From a virus: a DNA stretch of 64,000 nucleotides. The stretch covers positions 99,860 through 163,859 of the IMG/VR virus record IMGVR_UViG_3300042090_002370; one strand, given 5' to 3'. Both the position numbers and the translations under genes were made by a program. The notes under the pieces were generated by a model, which saw nothing but the letters and a program-made list of their open reading frames with translations, was not told the DNA's origin and made no database searches. Below, one piece after another: positions 1 to 9,804 of the stretch (positions are counted from its first letter, which is position 1; every line of letters begins with the position of its first letter).

Positions 1-174
1 AACCCGGACTTCACCAAGGACCCCGTGGTGTCGAGCAGCTACGTGCGGAGGATGATGAGCGACCCGATGTCAGCGGGCGGCATTGCCACAGAGGCGCTTG
101 GTCATCGTGACAAGATGCATAACCCGCTCGCCGACAAGGTGCTCAACGCAGCCTTCATCCAAAAGAAGAAGTAG
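1..174 (+). CDS. 3' end of an upstream gene (partial), probably head-associated
   Basis: Open frame from base 1 (NPDFTKDPVVSSSYVRRMM...IQKKK) ending TAG at 172-174, 2 nt before the next start. Confidence 0.7.
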   Translation, partial: NPDFTKDPVVSSSYVRRMMSDPMSAGGIATEALGHRDKMHNPLADKVLNAAFIQKKK

Positions 175-176
175 CC

Positions 177-3002
177 GTGATCAAGGTCGCCTTCTTCCAC
201 GGGGAAGACGAGTACGGACCGAGGGTCATTCCTCTATTCGGCCCGGCGGACCCAGTATTCGAGAAGACCGCAGCTCCTACACTGCTGCCTGAGGTAGCAA
301 AGTACATCGCAGGCCTGCGGCCGCAGAACGACTCGCAGTACGTGCTGCTCAACGCGATGGGTGCAAGTGAGTGGTGGGGTTCGAACATAAACGGCGACGC
401 TTTCACCGAGGCCTCCCTCATTCACAGGCCTGATGAATGGTCAGGCAACCCGCTTGTGGACAAGCCTCGTTCGACCGACTGGCCTTACGGCTTTCCCACG
501 TTCTACTTTGCCCACCCCTACGCCCACCATCGCAACAAGGATGCCGCGCGGGCCTTCGGAGATGTAGAGCTCGCTGCCTGGCATCCGAAGATGAAGCGGG
601 TCGAGCTTGTTACCCGTGTCGACAAGGACAAGTGCCAGGAGTTCGGTGGCACCGGGGTCTGGGACAAGCTCAGAGCCGGCGAGCTCCCCGACGTGTCGAT
701 GGGCTGCTTCAAGGCAGGGGCTCAAGTCACCATGGCGGACGGTACGCGAAAGCCTATCGAGGATGTTGTAGTAGATGACCGCGTACGAACACATACTGGC
801 GGTGTGGGGCGTGTAACCGAGCTGCATCGTAGACGCTACCGCGGTGAGTTCTTTGAGATTCAGCCCGCCAATGAGGATTCTTTCATAGCTACGCAGGAGC
901 ACCCTTTCTGGGCAGCCTTCAACAGCAAGGACCCCTCCAGAGTTTGGCGGAAGGAACATCCGGTTTTTGACTGGGTGGGCGCCAGAGACTTGGACGGCGC
1001 TGTGCTCGCACACCCCAAAATTACTACGGAGGCACCATCAGAAATCACAACTGCGTGGGCCCGCCTCATCGGGTACTACTTGGCCGAAGGCCACGTTGTA
1101 TTCAATAAGAAGGACGAACCGGCCGGCATCGAGCTCACAGTGGGTGCGGAGGATGCCATACACGATGAGATTGAGAGGCTCTGCGCTGAAATCGGCACGC
1201 GCAACATGCCGGTCTGGCGGCCACGAGAGAACAGCTGTAAGGCTTTCGCTATCGGCATCTATGATCCTGAAGTGGCTGAGCGGTGCGCGATGTACGCCGG
1301 CCGTTTCTCGAAAACCAAGAGGTTAGCCGAGGCAGTTCTGTACTGGCCTACGCACCTTCAGCTAAATCTGATTGGCGCCTATCTGAACGGTGACGGGTTC
1401 TCTACAGCCACCGGCCTGCTGTGCGCGAGCACTTCCTCCCAAGACCTTGTGCACCAGCTTCGCGAGCTCCTATTCCGTCTCGGCATCCCGACTTCTTACC
1501 AGCTGCTTCACCACAAGGCCGGTAGCGGCTTCTCACGAACGGATACGGATGAGTGGGTGGTCTCCATCGGCCGACAGTGGGCGCCGCGTTTCGAGGGCTA
1601 TTGCGCCAAAGTACGCGTGATGCAGGTGGGCAAATCCAAGAATGTGCTAGCCGACTTCGGTGACCTTTGGGCTGTGCCTATACGCGCCCTGGATTCCTTC
1701 TACGATGAAGACGACGTTTATAACTTCGAGGTGGAGGGTGACAACTCTTACCTGGTGAACGGCGTCGCTGTGCATAACTGCAAGGTTCCCTTCGATACCT
1801 GCAGCATCTGCCTAGACAAGGAGACTTACCGTCGAGCGCAGCAGATGTTCAACTCCTCGCGTCACAGATCACCTGGGGACGCGGTGCTCGCCTACCACAA
1901 GGAGCTCATAAAGAAGAACGGCAAAGGCATCCGCGGCGTCTCTATCACCAGGAAGGACTACTGCGAGCACGCCGGCAAGATGATGAACCACATCCTGCCC
2001 GATGGCAGGAAGGTCTTCGTCTACAACGACTACCCCAAGTTCTTCGATATCAGCTTCGTGTTCATCGGCGCCGACAAGACGGCCAAGGTGATGATGAAGA
2101 TCGCCGGTGGCGGCAAGGTCTTTTGGTTCCTGAACGGCGCTGAGCTGGCAGAGAAGCTGGGCTACGGGCAGGACGATGACATCCTCATGCCAGAGTTTGC
2201 GCCTGATGGCACTGCTACGCTGAAGGTAGCCAGCGTCAGTGATGAGACGTTGAAGCACGCCTTCTTGGGGAAGCTGGCGAAGAACAAGGATGCGGAGATC
2301 ACAAAGGATGTTGTGCCCAGTCAGTTCGCTGGCAAAGCAGTACCGTTGCTGACACAACACGAGAAGGATCTACCCAAGTCAACGCTCGATGCGCTGGGTA
2401 CTTCTTCGCTCGAAGAGGCATTGTCCACACCAACCGGTCTCGGCATGGTGCTGCGCCCTCACGAGTTTCAGCGGATCATCCTTATTCAGATGGGAAAACA
2501 GCAACTGGCAGATGAGTTGGATAGTAAGGGTGAAGTCTTTCCGAAGAGTGAGGAGAAGCTTGATGTGCCTATGGGACCGCGCTTCTTTTCACAGGTTCTT
2601 GCTCGCTTGCTGTTGCCTATGATGAGTGAGCGTTCTGGTTTGGGGCCAGTAATTGAGAGGCGTGTACTGGTAGCTACTGGAGACCCCAAAGAAAAGCGTG
2701 GGAGGTCTTCTTCCCTTTCCAATCCCGTCCTGCGTAAGATGGGTGCTGCGTACAACGGATACCGAACAGGCATCATGGAACTTGTTGCACATGCTCCCGA
2801 ACTGATATCGTCGATGGCGATGCCGTCGCACAGTCAGTTGACCAAGCTTGCGTCAGCACCGGTCCAGTCTGTTTTCACTCCACTGAGCGCAAGCTACTTC
2901 AAACTCGCGTTCATGGACGAAGTCACACCCGCCTCCGTGGAGAGGGGATTCCCCTCGAGGAACACGTCGGCCATGAGCAAAAAAGCTGCCGGAGGATATT
3001 GA
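177..3002 (+). CDS. Putative prohead maturation protease containing an intein
   Basis: First gene of the head cluster; extein motifs NINGDAF, HHRNKD, DVSMG|CKVPFDTCSIC, FFDISFV resemble His/Ser phage prohead proteases; K-x-A-rich C-terminal part. Confidence 0.65.
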   Translation: MIKVAFFHGEDEYGPRVIPLFGPADPVFEKTAAPTLLPEVAKYIAGLRPQNDSQYVLLNAMGASEWWGSNINGDAFTEASLIHRPDEWSGNPLVDKPRSTDWPYGFPTFYFAHPYAHHRNKDAARAFGDVELAAWHPKMKRVELVTRVDKDKCQEFGGTGVWDKLRAGELPDVSMGCFKAGAQVTMADGTRKPIEDVVVDDRVRTHTGGVGRVTELHRRRYRGEFFEIQPANEDSFIATQEHPFWAAFNSKDPSRVWRKEHPVFDWVGARDLDGAVLAHPKITTEAPSEITTAWARLIGYYLAEGHVVFNKKDEPAGIELTVGAEDAIHDEIERLCAEIGTRNMPVWRPRENSCKAFAIGIYDPEVAERCAMYAGRFSKTKRLAEAVLYWPTHLQLNLIGAYLNGDGFSTATGLLCASTSSQDLVHQLRELLFRLGIPTSYQLLHHKAGSGFSRTDTDEWVVSIGRQWAPRFEGYCAKVRVMQVGKSKNVLADFGDLWAVPIRALDSFYDEDDVYNFEVEGDNSYLVNGVAVHNCKVPFDTCSICLDKETYRRAQQMFNSSRHRSPGDAVLAYHKELIKKNGKGIRGVSITRKDYCEHAGKMMNHILPDGRKVFVYNDYPKFFDISFVFIGADKTAKVMMKIAGGGKVFWFLNGAELAEKLGYGQDDDILMPEFAPDGTATLKVASVSDETLKHAFLGKLAKNKDAEITKDVVPSQFAGKAVPLLTQHEKDLPKSTLDALGTSSLEEALSTPTGLGMVLRPHEFQRIILIQMGKQQLADELDSKGEVFPKSEEKLDVPMGPRFFSQVLARLLLPMMSERSGLGPVIERRVLVATGDPKEKRGRSSSLSNPVLRKMGAAYNGYRTGIMELVAHAPELISSMAMPSHSQLTKLASAPVQSVFTPLSASYFKLAFMDEVTPASVERGFPSRNTSAMSKKAAGGY
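705..1778 (+). mobile_element. Intein with LAGLIDADG homing endonuclease (358 aa)
   Basis: Starts CFKAGAQVTMADGTRKPIEDV; block B ATQEHPFW; LAGLIDADG-like LIGYYLAEG and LIGAYLNGDG; ends VYNFEVEGDNSYLVNGVAVHN followed by +1 Cys. Confidence 0.95.
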
Positions 3003-3003
3003 G

Positions 3004-3903
3004 ATGGTCGACAAGGCACAGCAGATGGACGAGTTCCTCTCTGACTTCTACGGAACGGGCGCTGCGGTAAAGACTGCCGCCGCGAACCAGGAAGACCTCG
3101 AGAAGCAGGCCTCCATTGATCTCTTCATGAAGCTTGCTACCGAGCAGAACATCGACCTCGGTAAGATGGAGCCCAAGCAGGTAGAGGCGCTCTACAGTAA
3201 CTGGGTGAAGGCCGCTTCCGCTCCCGCCGCCGGGGCGGCTGAGGAAGAAGAAGAAAAGGAAAAGCACGAGGAGGCCAAGAAGGAGCACGAGGAGAAGAAG
3301 GCGCAGGCGGAGAAGGTCGCCGAAGCGGACTTCCTCGGGCGCGTCATGGCTCATGCGTACTGCCAGGAGATGCGCAAGATCGCCGAAGCAGCCGCCGACC
3401 CTGCGGTCAAGGAAGCAGGCAAGGTTCGCGACACACAAGCGGGCTATGTAGCAGCCAAGGGCATTGGCCATCGGGCGCATGAGGCCCTGAAGAAGGGGCT
3501 CGATCATGTGAAGGGCCATATGGCCAATACTGGTGCAGCGGCACATCATGCGGCACATAGCTCTGGTCCTGTAACCGAAGGCAAGGCAAAGGCGATTGGC
3601 GCCGGTATCCACGCTGCGGGCGCAGCAGGAGCGGCCGGTGCTGGCGCGGCAGCTGCGCACCACTTCGGCAAGGACAAGGAAGGCTCGGCTATCGACGGGC
3701 TTGCTGCTGAGCAGGCTGTGAAGGTTGCGTTCGAGGGAAACTTCGACCCCGAAGAGGCAGGTCGCAAGATCGCAGCGGTCCTCGAGCTCGGGCTTGCCGC
3801 GCCGAGCGAGAAGATTGCATCCGCTCCCGACTACGCGGCGGCGGTGGGTATCCGCGCTCTCGAACTACTCGAGGTCGCTGGCTACCCAGTTACGTGGTCG
3901 TAG
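3004..3903 (+). CDS. Putative scaffold/internal head protein, K-x-A-rich
   Basis: RBS GGAGG; between protease and capsid genes; helical Ala/Glu/Lys composition with about 10 K-x-A/G motifs. Confidence 0.55.
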   Translation: MVDKAQQMDEFLSDFYGTGAAVKTAAANQEDLEKQASIDLFMKLATEQNIDLGKMEPKQVEALYSNWVKAASAPAAGAAEEEEEKEKHEEAKKEHEEKKAQAEKVAEADFLGRVMAHAYCQEMRKIAEAAADPAVKEAGKVRDTQAGYVAAKGIGHRAHEALKKGLDHVKGHMANTGAAAHHAAHSSGPVTEGKAKAIGAGIHAAGAAGAAGAGAAAAHHFGKDKEGSAIDGLAAEQAVKVAFEGNFDPEEAGRKIAAVLELGLAAPSEKIASAPDYAAAVGIRALELLEVAGYPVTWS

Positions 3904-3939
3904 TAGCAACTCGGAGAATGGCGATGGGAGGCAACGGAC

Positions 3940-5385
3940 ATGTACGGATGGTTGAAACGAGCGGATGCACAACCGCCGTCGGCCACCGGCATGACTGCGG
4001 CCTCGCCCATCCCAACCCCCAGCATCTCCCACACTTACGCACCAGGTCTGCGAGGACCACAAGGTATAGGCCCGCGCACCAATTACTCCAGGGTGAATAC
4101 AGGCACTCCACCACAGGCAGACGCTGGGTCGGAGGCGCAGAAATCCATGCCCCCGAGGGGCGCTGAGATGTTGCCGAAGCGGGCTTCCGCGAACGGAGAG
4201 ACCACGATGGGAAACATGGCTGGACGACCGATGCTGCAAGACCTGGTGAAGGCTGCGATGGTGGACGCCACGCGCCGTACCAGCGTCAATGCGGAGGCGC
4301 ACCTCCAGACCGTGAAGACGGCTGGTGAGAAGAAGTGCGAGAAGTGCGGCAAGGAGAAGTGCTCTTGCATGGGCAAGATGGGCTCCGGCTTCCAGTCCGA
4401 GCTCGGTGAAAAACTTGCCGGCGCTCTCGACCATATGGCCTCCTTGCTCATGAAGAACGCCGATGCTCACATGGGCGGGCCGTACAATCTCACCGAGCAT
4501 CTTGTGGGTAGCCCACCGGGTGTCTCGCAGGCAACTGCCTCACAATCCCTCCCCGACCACAAGGGACAGGCGACCCCGGCGCACATCACACCGATGAGCC
4601 CGCCCACCCAGAAGGACCTGCCCGCCGAACACGGTGCGACGCAGATGAAGGACAATATGCAAGAGGGGCTCGAGCATACAAAGATGCCCCCGAACATCGT
4701 GTCCGGTGGAAAGCACGCCTCGGTAGCTGAGATCATCGCAGCCAAACTCGCTGCCCAGAAGACCGGGTCGGACGCGGAGAAGAAGGAGACTGAGGGTCTT
4801 GAGGCGGCCAAGAAGGGCCTCGAGCACGCCGAGGCAGCGCACAAGAGCGAATCAGAGAACAAGGAAGGCGCCGCGACTGTCCCTACGTCACTTGTTGACT
4901 ATATGGCGTCGCGCGTGAAGCAGGCGGAGGACGCGATCAACCCGGCTAAGATTACGGCCGGCGCTGCGGTCCCCCCACAGACCACTCAGGCCGGTCAGCC
5001 AGGCGGACACCCCGTTGGCGGCGCTCCCAAGGGGCCATCTGGCCTAGTCGGCTCCAACGACGCAGCACGAAACTACACCAAGGCGCAGTCGCACGGGGTG
5101 CGACGTGAAGAGCTCGCCAAGTATCTCAAGGAGCCTGCGCTCTCGATGGAGCACGACAGCGTACTGCGCGATGCATTCAAGCATACGGCGCAGGCGGGGA
5201 CGAAGTTCGCCGAAGCAGCCACCCCGCCCCTCCCCGAGGGCGAGAAGACAGCCGAAGCGGCTCCTCCTGTCGCCCCCGCTACGCCGGTAACGCCCAATCC
5301 CGTGACGACGAGCGTGAAGACAGCTGCCGCCAAGGTTCTGCTGTCACGTCTCGCAGCTGACGCAGTTGCTGCAGGAGCCCAGTAG
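3940..5385 (+). CDS. Putative internal head/scaffold protein, K-x-A-rich
   Basis: 481 aa low-complexity ORF in the head cluster; about 15 K-x-A/G motifs; second possible start at 4207 after GGAGAG. Confidence 0.5.
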   Translation: MYGWLKRADAQPPSATGMTAASPIPTPSISHTYAPGLRGPQGIGPRTNYSRVNTGTPPQADAGSEAQKSMPPRGAEMLPKRASANGETTMGNMAGRPMLQDLVKAAMVDATRRTSVNAEAHLQTVKTAGEKKCEKCGKEKCSCMGKMGSGFQSELGEKLAGALDHMASLLMKNADAHMGGPYNLTEHLVGSPPGVSQATASQSLPDHKGQATPAHITPMSPPTQKDLPAEHGATQMKDNMQEGLEHTKMPPNIVSGGKHASVAEIIAAKLAAQKTGSDAEKKETEGLEAAKKGLEHAEAAHKSESENKEGAATVPTSLVDYMASRVKQAEDAINPAKITAGAAVPPQTTQAGQPGGHPVGGAPKGPSGLVGSNDAARNYTKAQSHGVRREELAKYLKEPALSMEHDSVLRDAFKHTAQAGTKFAEAATPPLPEGEKTAEAAPPVAPATPVTPNPVTTSVKTAAAKVLLSRLAADAVAAGAQ

Positions 5386-5394
5386 GAGACGCAT

Positions 5395-5760
5395 ATGGAC
5401 AAGCTCAGCAATGCTCAGGCCGCAGAGGTCCTCTCTGATGCGGCGGCCTACATCCGGGCGCAAGGCGCACAGATCAACGATCTTACGGAGAAGCTCGCTG
5501 CGAGGGAGCGCCGTGACCGCGTAGAGAAGCTTGCGGGTACGATGCACGCCAAAGGACTTGAGCTCGACATCTCTGCCGATGCTCTTGCTGACCGACTCGA
5601 GAAGACCGCAGCTGCCGGTAAGCTCGATGCGTACGAGCACGCCGTGGACCTCGTCGGTCCCGATATGGGAACGAAGCTCGCGCAGCTCACAAACGACGCG
5701 CCTGGGGATTCCTCCAGCGGGTCTGCTTTCGAATCGTACATCGTCGGGACGGCAGGATAG
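5395..5760 (+). CDS. Small coiled-coil scaffold-like protein
   Basis: RBS AGGAG; EKLAA, EKLAG, EKTAA, TKLAQ motifs; two genes upstream of the capsid gene. Confidence 0.55.
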   Translation: MDKLSNAQAAEVLSDAAAYIRAQGAQINDLTEKLAARERRDRVEKLAGTMHAKGLELDISADALADRLEKTAAAGKLDAYEHAVDLVGPDMGTKLAQLTNDAPGDSSSGSAFESYIVGTAG

Positions 5761-5798
5761 ACCCGCCCATACCAAGGAACTCAAGGAGGAGCTAGATC

Positions 5799-6335
5799 AT
5801 GTCGACCCTGCAGAGAATCAACTTCACGCCCGTCTCGGACATCCTTCCGATTCAGCGCCGTGACTTCGCGCTCAACGACCCGACGCTGTCGAACCCCACT
5901 AACCCGACCTGCATGGTCGACGGCGAGTGGTTTACTTTGAACACGAGCTACCAAGCGGTTCGCGCTGCGCTCATTACCGGCACTGTAGGAACAACCTACG
6001 CGTCAGTCCGTTCCTTTCCGGTCTTCGCCGAGAAGGGCCGCTACGACATTCAGGCGATGTCGCTCACCAAGATCCCGCTCCTGTTCCGTGGGGACTACGA
6101 GTTCGACACGCGCATCTTCGATGCGAGCCTTGTCGTACACGGCGGTGCGGCCATTACTACCATCATGCAGCCCCTCAAGGTCGCGCTCATCAACTTCAGT
6201 GGGCGCAACTTCTCGGGCATCGTCGGGCACGGTACCCCCGGCGGCGGCGACGTCGACCCGATCATCGGGTACTGCACCAGGCTTCCGTCCAGTAACGGCG
6301 GTCAACTCCGGTTCATCTCGGGCTGGGCCTCGTAG
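5799..6335 (+). CDS. Putative capsid decoration/cement protein
   Basis: Strong RBS AAGGAGGAG; beta-rich 178 aa directly before the major capsid gene. Confidence 0.5.
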   Translation: MSTLQRINFTPVSDILPIQRRDFALNDPTLSNPTNPTCMVDGEWFTLNTSYQAVRAALITGTVGTTYASVRSFPVFAEKGRYDIQAMSLTKIPLLFRGDYEFDTRIFDASLVVHGGAAITTIMQPLKVALINFSGRNFSGIVGHGTPGGGDVDPIIGYCTRLPSSNGGQLRFISGWAS

Positions 6336-6370
6336 ACCGGAACCCAGAAGGAAGGAGAAAGGCAACCATC

Positions 6371-7495
6371 ATGAGTGTTCCGGCGCGAGTCCTGAACGAG
6401 CTTTTCACGCAGAAGCTCGGTTCGTCTGAGGGCAAAGAGAAGATGGCGGAGTACGGAGGTTCGTATATCCGCGACCGTCTGCGTGAGGTCTCTTACGCCC
6501 GCAAGGTCGTCCCACCGGAGCAGGTCACGCGCAGTGACTGCCAGCGCTCCGTCAACCACGACACCTTGGTCAAGATCGTGGATGTCGAGCCTCAGTCGAG
6601 GGCGCTCACGATGTCTTTCCGTGGTCAGCCCACGGCAAGATTCATTCGTGGGCCCAAGGCGGAGATCGGTTTCTACACGATCTCGAGCGAGGTCTTCCAG
6701 AAGACTGAGCAGGAGCTTCTGGCCTATGAGATGCCCATCACCAAGATCATCGAGGAGAACTCGGTGAAGGACATCCAGGAGGTCGAGGACCGTGAGTTCA
6801 CGGTCTTCACCGAGGCGGCCGTACAGGCCCTTCAGGTGGTCGCAAACGGCGGTGTCGCAACGCCGCTCAACGCGACGACCATCCAGGCTGGTGGCGTTGT
6901 GGAGTTCTCGGTGCGTAAGGGCGAACTTGCTCGGACGCAGACGAGCAACACATCCACCGTTTTCCCCATCCAGCGACCGGACCTCATCAACCTGTTCAAG
7001 CTCTTGGACGGGAACCGGTTGCGCTCGGAGCGCCTGCTGATGACGGAGGCCGACTGGGACGACATCCTCCAGTGGACGGTCGAGGACTTGGGCGACAGGC
7101 TCCAATCGGAGACCGCCGTCGACGGCTACAAGTACAACACCCTGTTCGGGCGTTCGTACATTCGTACTGTGAAGACGGACATCCTGCGTCCAGGAAACGT
7201 CTACGTCTTTACGAAGCCGGAGTTCTTCGGGAAGTTCTACGTCCTGAACAACACGAAGTTCTACATCGACAAGATCGCCAACGTCATCACCTTCCAGGCC
7301 TGGGAGGATATCGGCATGGCGGTCATCAACATCGCAGCCGTTCGCAAGCTCGAGCTCTACTCGGCAGACGCGGACCCCACGACGAACGCCGACGGTCTCA
7401 TCACGAGCTTCATCCCCGTGGTCGAGGACGCGCTCGGTGCGCCGAATAACCAGGTTGACAATGGCCTGGTTTTCCCTGGGATCACGCAGTACTAG
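6371..7495 (+). CDS. Major capsid protein (HK97-fold expected)
   Basis: 374 aa, strong RBS, C/G-ending codons, follows protease/scaffold genes, followed by a terminator. Confidence 0.8.
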   Translation: MSVPARVLNELFTQKLGSSEGKEKMAEYGGSYIRDRLREVSYARKVVPPEQVTRSDCQRSVNHDTLVKIVDVEPQSRALTMSFRGQPTARFIRGPKAEIGFYTISSEVFQKTEQELLAYEMPITKIIEENSVKDIQEVEDREFTVFTEAAVQALQVVANGGVATPLNATTIQAGGVVEFSVRKGELARTQTSNTSTVFPIQRPDLINLFKLLDGNRLRSERLLMTEADWDDILQWTVEDLGDRLQSETAVDGYKYNTLFGRSYIRTVKTDILRPGNVYVFTKPEFFGKFYVLNNTKFYIDKIANVITFQAWEDIGMAVINIAAVRKLELYSADADPTTNADGLITSFIPVVEDALGAPNNQVDNGLVFPGITQY

Positions 7496-7513
7496 CCGAA
7501 AGGCCGGTTGGCT

Positions 7514-7558
7514 AAGAGGAGGCGGCACTGGCTCACGCCGTGCCGCCTTCTTCGTTTC
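7514..7558 (+). terminator. Intrinsic terminator after the capsid gene
   Basis: Stem GGAGGCGGCAC/GTGCCGCCTTC then T-rich tail. Confidence 0.75.
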
Positions 7559-7573
7559 TACTAGGAGGTTCTA

Positions 7574-8218
7574 ATGCAGGAGTACGTTATTCACAATGTG
7601 GCTCGAGCTCGCCACAACCGTACCGTACGTGCAGCTCTCCCGCAGAATCCGCGGATGAAGCAGTACGTAGGGGACGACAAGCGGCGCCTCATTCGCGGCC
7701 AGCCCATCCTCGTCACTGAGGAGATGGTGAAGAAGAATCTCGAAGAGCTTCGTGCGAAGCACGCGCAGCACATGATCGAAGTGCGGACGCGCGACGGCCG
7801 CCTCGTTGATCTCCAAACACTCGAGGCTGCGCCTATCGGTCCGGTGGAAACCAAGCCGCATCCGCTGCTCGACTCTGTAGCGAATGACAGGAACTTCCCG
7901 CTACCCGACGGCTACCGGTTCGTGCCCGAGCGCGGCGGAGATGACGCAACCATGCCGCAGCTCGTACCAGCAGGCGAGAAGCCGGCACTCCTTCAAGGCG
8001 CCGAGTCGACTGAGCCCAATACTGCGATGGACGCAGTTGCACCAGACGTCGTAGCAGCCGCTGATGCAGACGCACCTGAGCCTGAAGCCGCTGCAGGTAG
8101 CGACCCCGTCGACGCGGCCATTGCACGCGCCCAAGCCGAAGCCACAGATCCTGTTGCTATGGCGACGGAAGACGTATCCTCTGATGGTCAGAGGAAGGTT
8201 AGGAGGAATCGTCGATGA
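7574..8218 (+). CDS. Hypothetical protein (basic N-terminus, acidic Ala/Pro-rich tail)
   Basis: RBS AGGAGG; 214 aa. Confidence 0.7.
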   Translation: MQEYVIHNVARARHNRTVRAALPQNPRMKQYVGDDKRRLIRGQPILVTEEMVKKNLEELRAKHAQHMIEVRTRDGRLVDLQTLEAAPIGPVETKPHPLLDSVANDRNFPLPDGYRFVPERGGDDATMPQLVPAGEKPALLQGAESTEPNTAMDAVAPDVVAAADADAPEPEAAAGSDPVDAAIARAQAEATDPVAMATEDVSSDGQRKVRRNRR

Positions 8219-8526
8219 AGTTCTTTAACCTGACCGACGTTCGTACGAAAGCGCTCAAGCAGCACAAGCTGTTCAAGCAGGCCATCGTCGTTGCAGGCCA
8301 GCTCATCGAACCTGGTGGGTCCTTGGAGCTCAAGGAGGTGACAGCGCACCAGCTCGCGGCCGCGCAGCACCTGGTGAAGGTGCATGCATTGGCGGTGGAC
8401 GAGCTTCCACAGTTCTATCTTGACGCCAAGGGCTCGCCGGCGCTGCCTCCAGCGCCCTCGCCGCCACAGGCCCCCACTGCAACAGACACCACGCCGCCGG
8501 TGAGCAAGCGTAGCAAGGCCCTCTAG
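8215..8526 (+). CDS. Hypothetical protein
   Basis: ATGA overlap with the previous stop; RBS AGGAGG. Confidence 0.65.
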   Translation: MKFFNLTDVRTKALKQHKLFKQAIVVAGQLIEPGGSLELKEVTAHQLAAAQHLVKVHALAVDELPQFYLDAKGSPALPPAPSPPQAPTATDTTPPVSKRSKAL

Positions 8527-8529
8527 CCC

Positions 8530-9108
8530 ATGATGGGGTATGGCGACCAGCACACCGGGCGCCTTCAAGGCATCCCGCACATGACGCCGGAGTTCCGGGC
8601 GTTCATCCAGTCCGTTCGTCTCTACATGCGCGACTTCGCGGAGTTGAATCGCATTGTTTCTGGGGAGGAGACGACCGACCGACAGATTGCCTGGTCGATG
8701 CTCGACGCCTTGGCAGACTTCAACGGCACGCCGCATCTCACCTCGTACTCTTTCGAGGATCTGCTTCAGCAGCAGCAGCACGCGCTGCTACTCCGTATGA
8801 CCGTGATCTCCATCGTTGAGTCGGTCGGCTTGCTGCAGACGCGCAACCATATCAACTATTCCAACGGCGGCATCAACGTCGGCGTGAACGACAAGACGCC
8901 GCTCCTCATGAAGTGGTTGCAGTATTATAAAAGCTATACCGATCAGCTAAAGCAGCGCGTGAAAGTGGCGCTCAATATCGGGGGCATCCTTGGACCTTCA
9001 CATCCTGGCGTTTTTTCGGAACTTTGGGCTGTAAATTCGACCTACGCCGCCTACGTTTTGCCGCTGTTTTTCATGCTCCGTACCATTCATATGTTGCATT
9101 ATCTCTAG
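8530..9108 (+). CDS. Putative head-tail adaptor (neck) protein
   Basis: Helical 192 aa downstream of the capsid gene; INYSNGGINVGVND beta-hairpin-like segment. Confidence 0.5.
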   Translation: MMGYGDQHTGRLQGIPHMTPEFRAFIQSVRLYMRDFAELNRIVSGEETTDRQIAWSMLDALADFNGTPHLTSYSFEDLLQQQQHALLLRMTVISIVESVGLLQTRNHINYSNGGINVGVNDKTPLLMKWLQYYKSYTDQLKQRVKVALNIGGILGPSHPGVFSELWAVNSTYAAYVLPLFFMLRTIHMLHYL

Positions 9109-9228
9109 GCCTCGAATCTACAATTGCGTTTTGGTGCGCATGGCGCAGGCATTGTTCTTCGTTGTCGCTGCTGCGGATCTCAGGATGTGGAGGCAACTCC
9201 CATCGCTTCTCCTACTTCCCACTGACCG

Positions 9229-9271
9229 GGTAGACTGGGGCATGCGCCCCAGCCCGCCTTTTTCTAGCTAC
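9229..9271 (+). terminator. Terminator-like hairpin followed by TAGCTAC
   Basis: CTGGGGC-ATGC-GCCCCAG core stem, TTTTT, TAGCTAC at 9265-9271. Confidence 0.6.
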
Positions 9272-9289
9272 GCATCGAGGAACTGAGCC

Positions 9290-9796
9290 ATGTCCATCAA
9301 CCGACTTCGAAAGTTCCGTACCATCGATGAGGTACAGACGTTCCTCAACGGCGGCGTTTGGAGCGGTAGCAAGGTGTCTCAGGTTGGCCCGCCGAGTAAC
9401 CAAGGTCCAGGCGTGTACGGTCTGGTTGGGTTGACTCTCATCTTCGTCGGACCAGGGCCTACAGGTACGGTTACCTTCGTTGCGAGCTCTACCTCGAACC
9501 CGAATCCGCAGGTGCTGCTCTTCAGCGACATCAAGGCGCAGATTCAAGCGGCCATTGCAACGCTGTCGGTAACGACGTTCGATGGCTACCTGAGCATTCA
9601 GGAAGTGACACCGACCAATGGAGTCACTGTCAGCAGCACCGGTACTGCGAACTCGGTACTCGGCTTCGATACCGCGAACAATACTGTGGGCAAGTATTAC
9701 AAGCCCGCCGCTGCAGCGTCCCCACCAATTGCTCCGTACTGGGTCTGGTCGTATACGGACAACAACAATATGCACAACATCTACACCGTAGAGTAG
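9290..9796 (+). CDS. Virion structural protein with a sheath-like beta repeat
   Basis: Thr/Ser/Gly/Val-rich; GTANSVLGF resembles GTANTNLGL in the sheath repeats. Confidence 0.55.
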   Translation: MSINRLRKFRTIDEVQTFLNGGVWSGSKVSQVGPPSNQGPGVYGLVGLTLIFVGPGPTGTVTFVASSTSNPNPQVLLFSDIKAQIQAAIATLSVTTFDGYLSIQEVTPTNGVTVSSTGTANSVLGFDTANNTVGKYYKPAAAASPPIAPYWVWSYTDNNNMHNIYTVE

Positions 9797-9804
9797 GAGT
9801 CGCC

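Noticed and set aside
6302-7528. Long antisense ORFs such as 6302-7528, 16346-17248, 47049-48146, 61030-62160
   Set aside because: Shadow frames of GC-biased genes; no RBS or recognisable motifs
8930-9230. Locally AT-richer patch at the end of the neck gene
   Set aside because: No supported ORF, repeat or insertion boundary; cannot be interpreted without homologues
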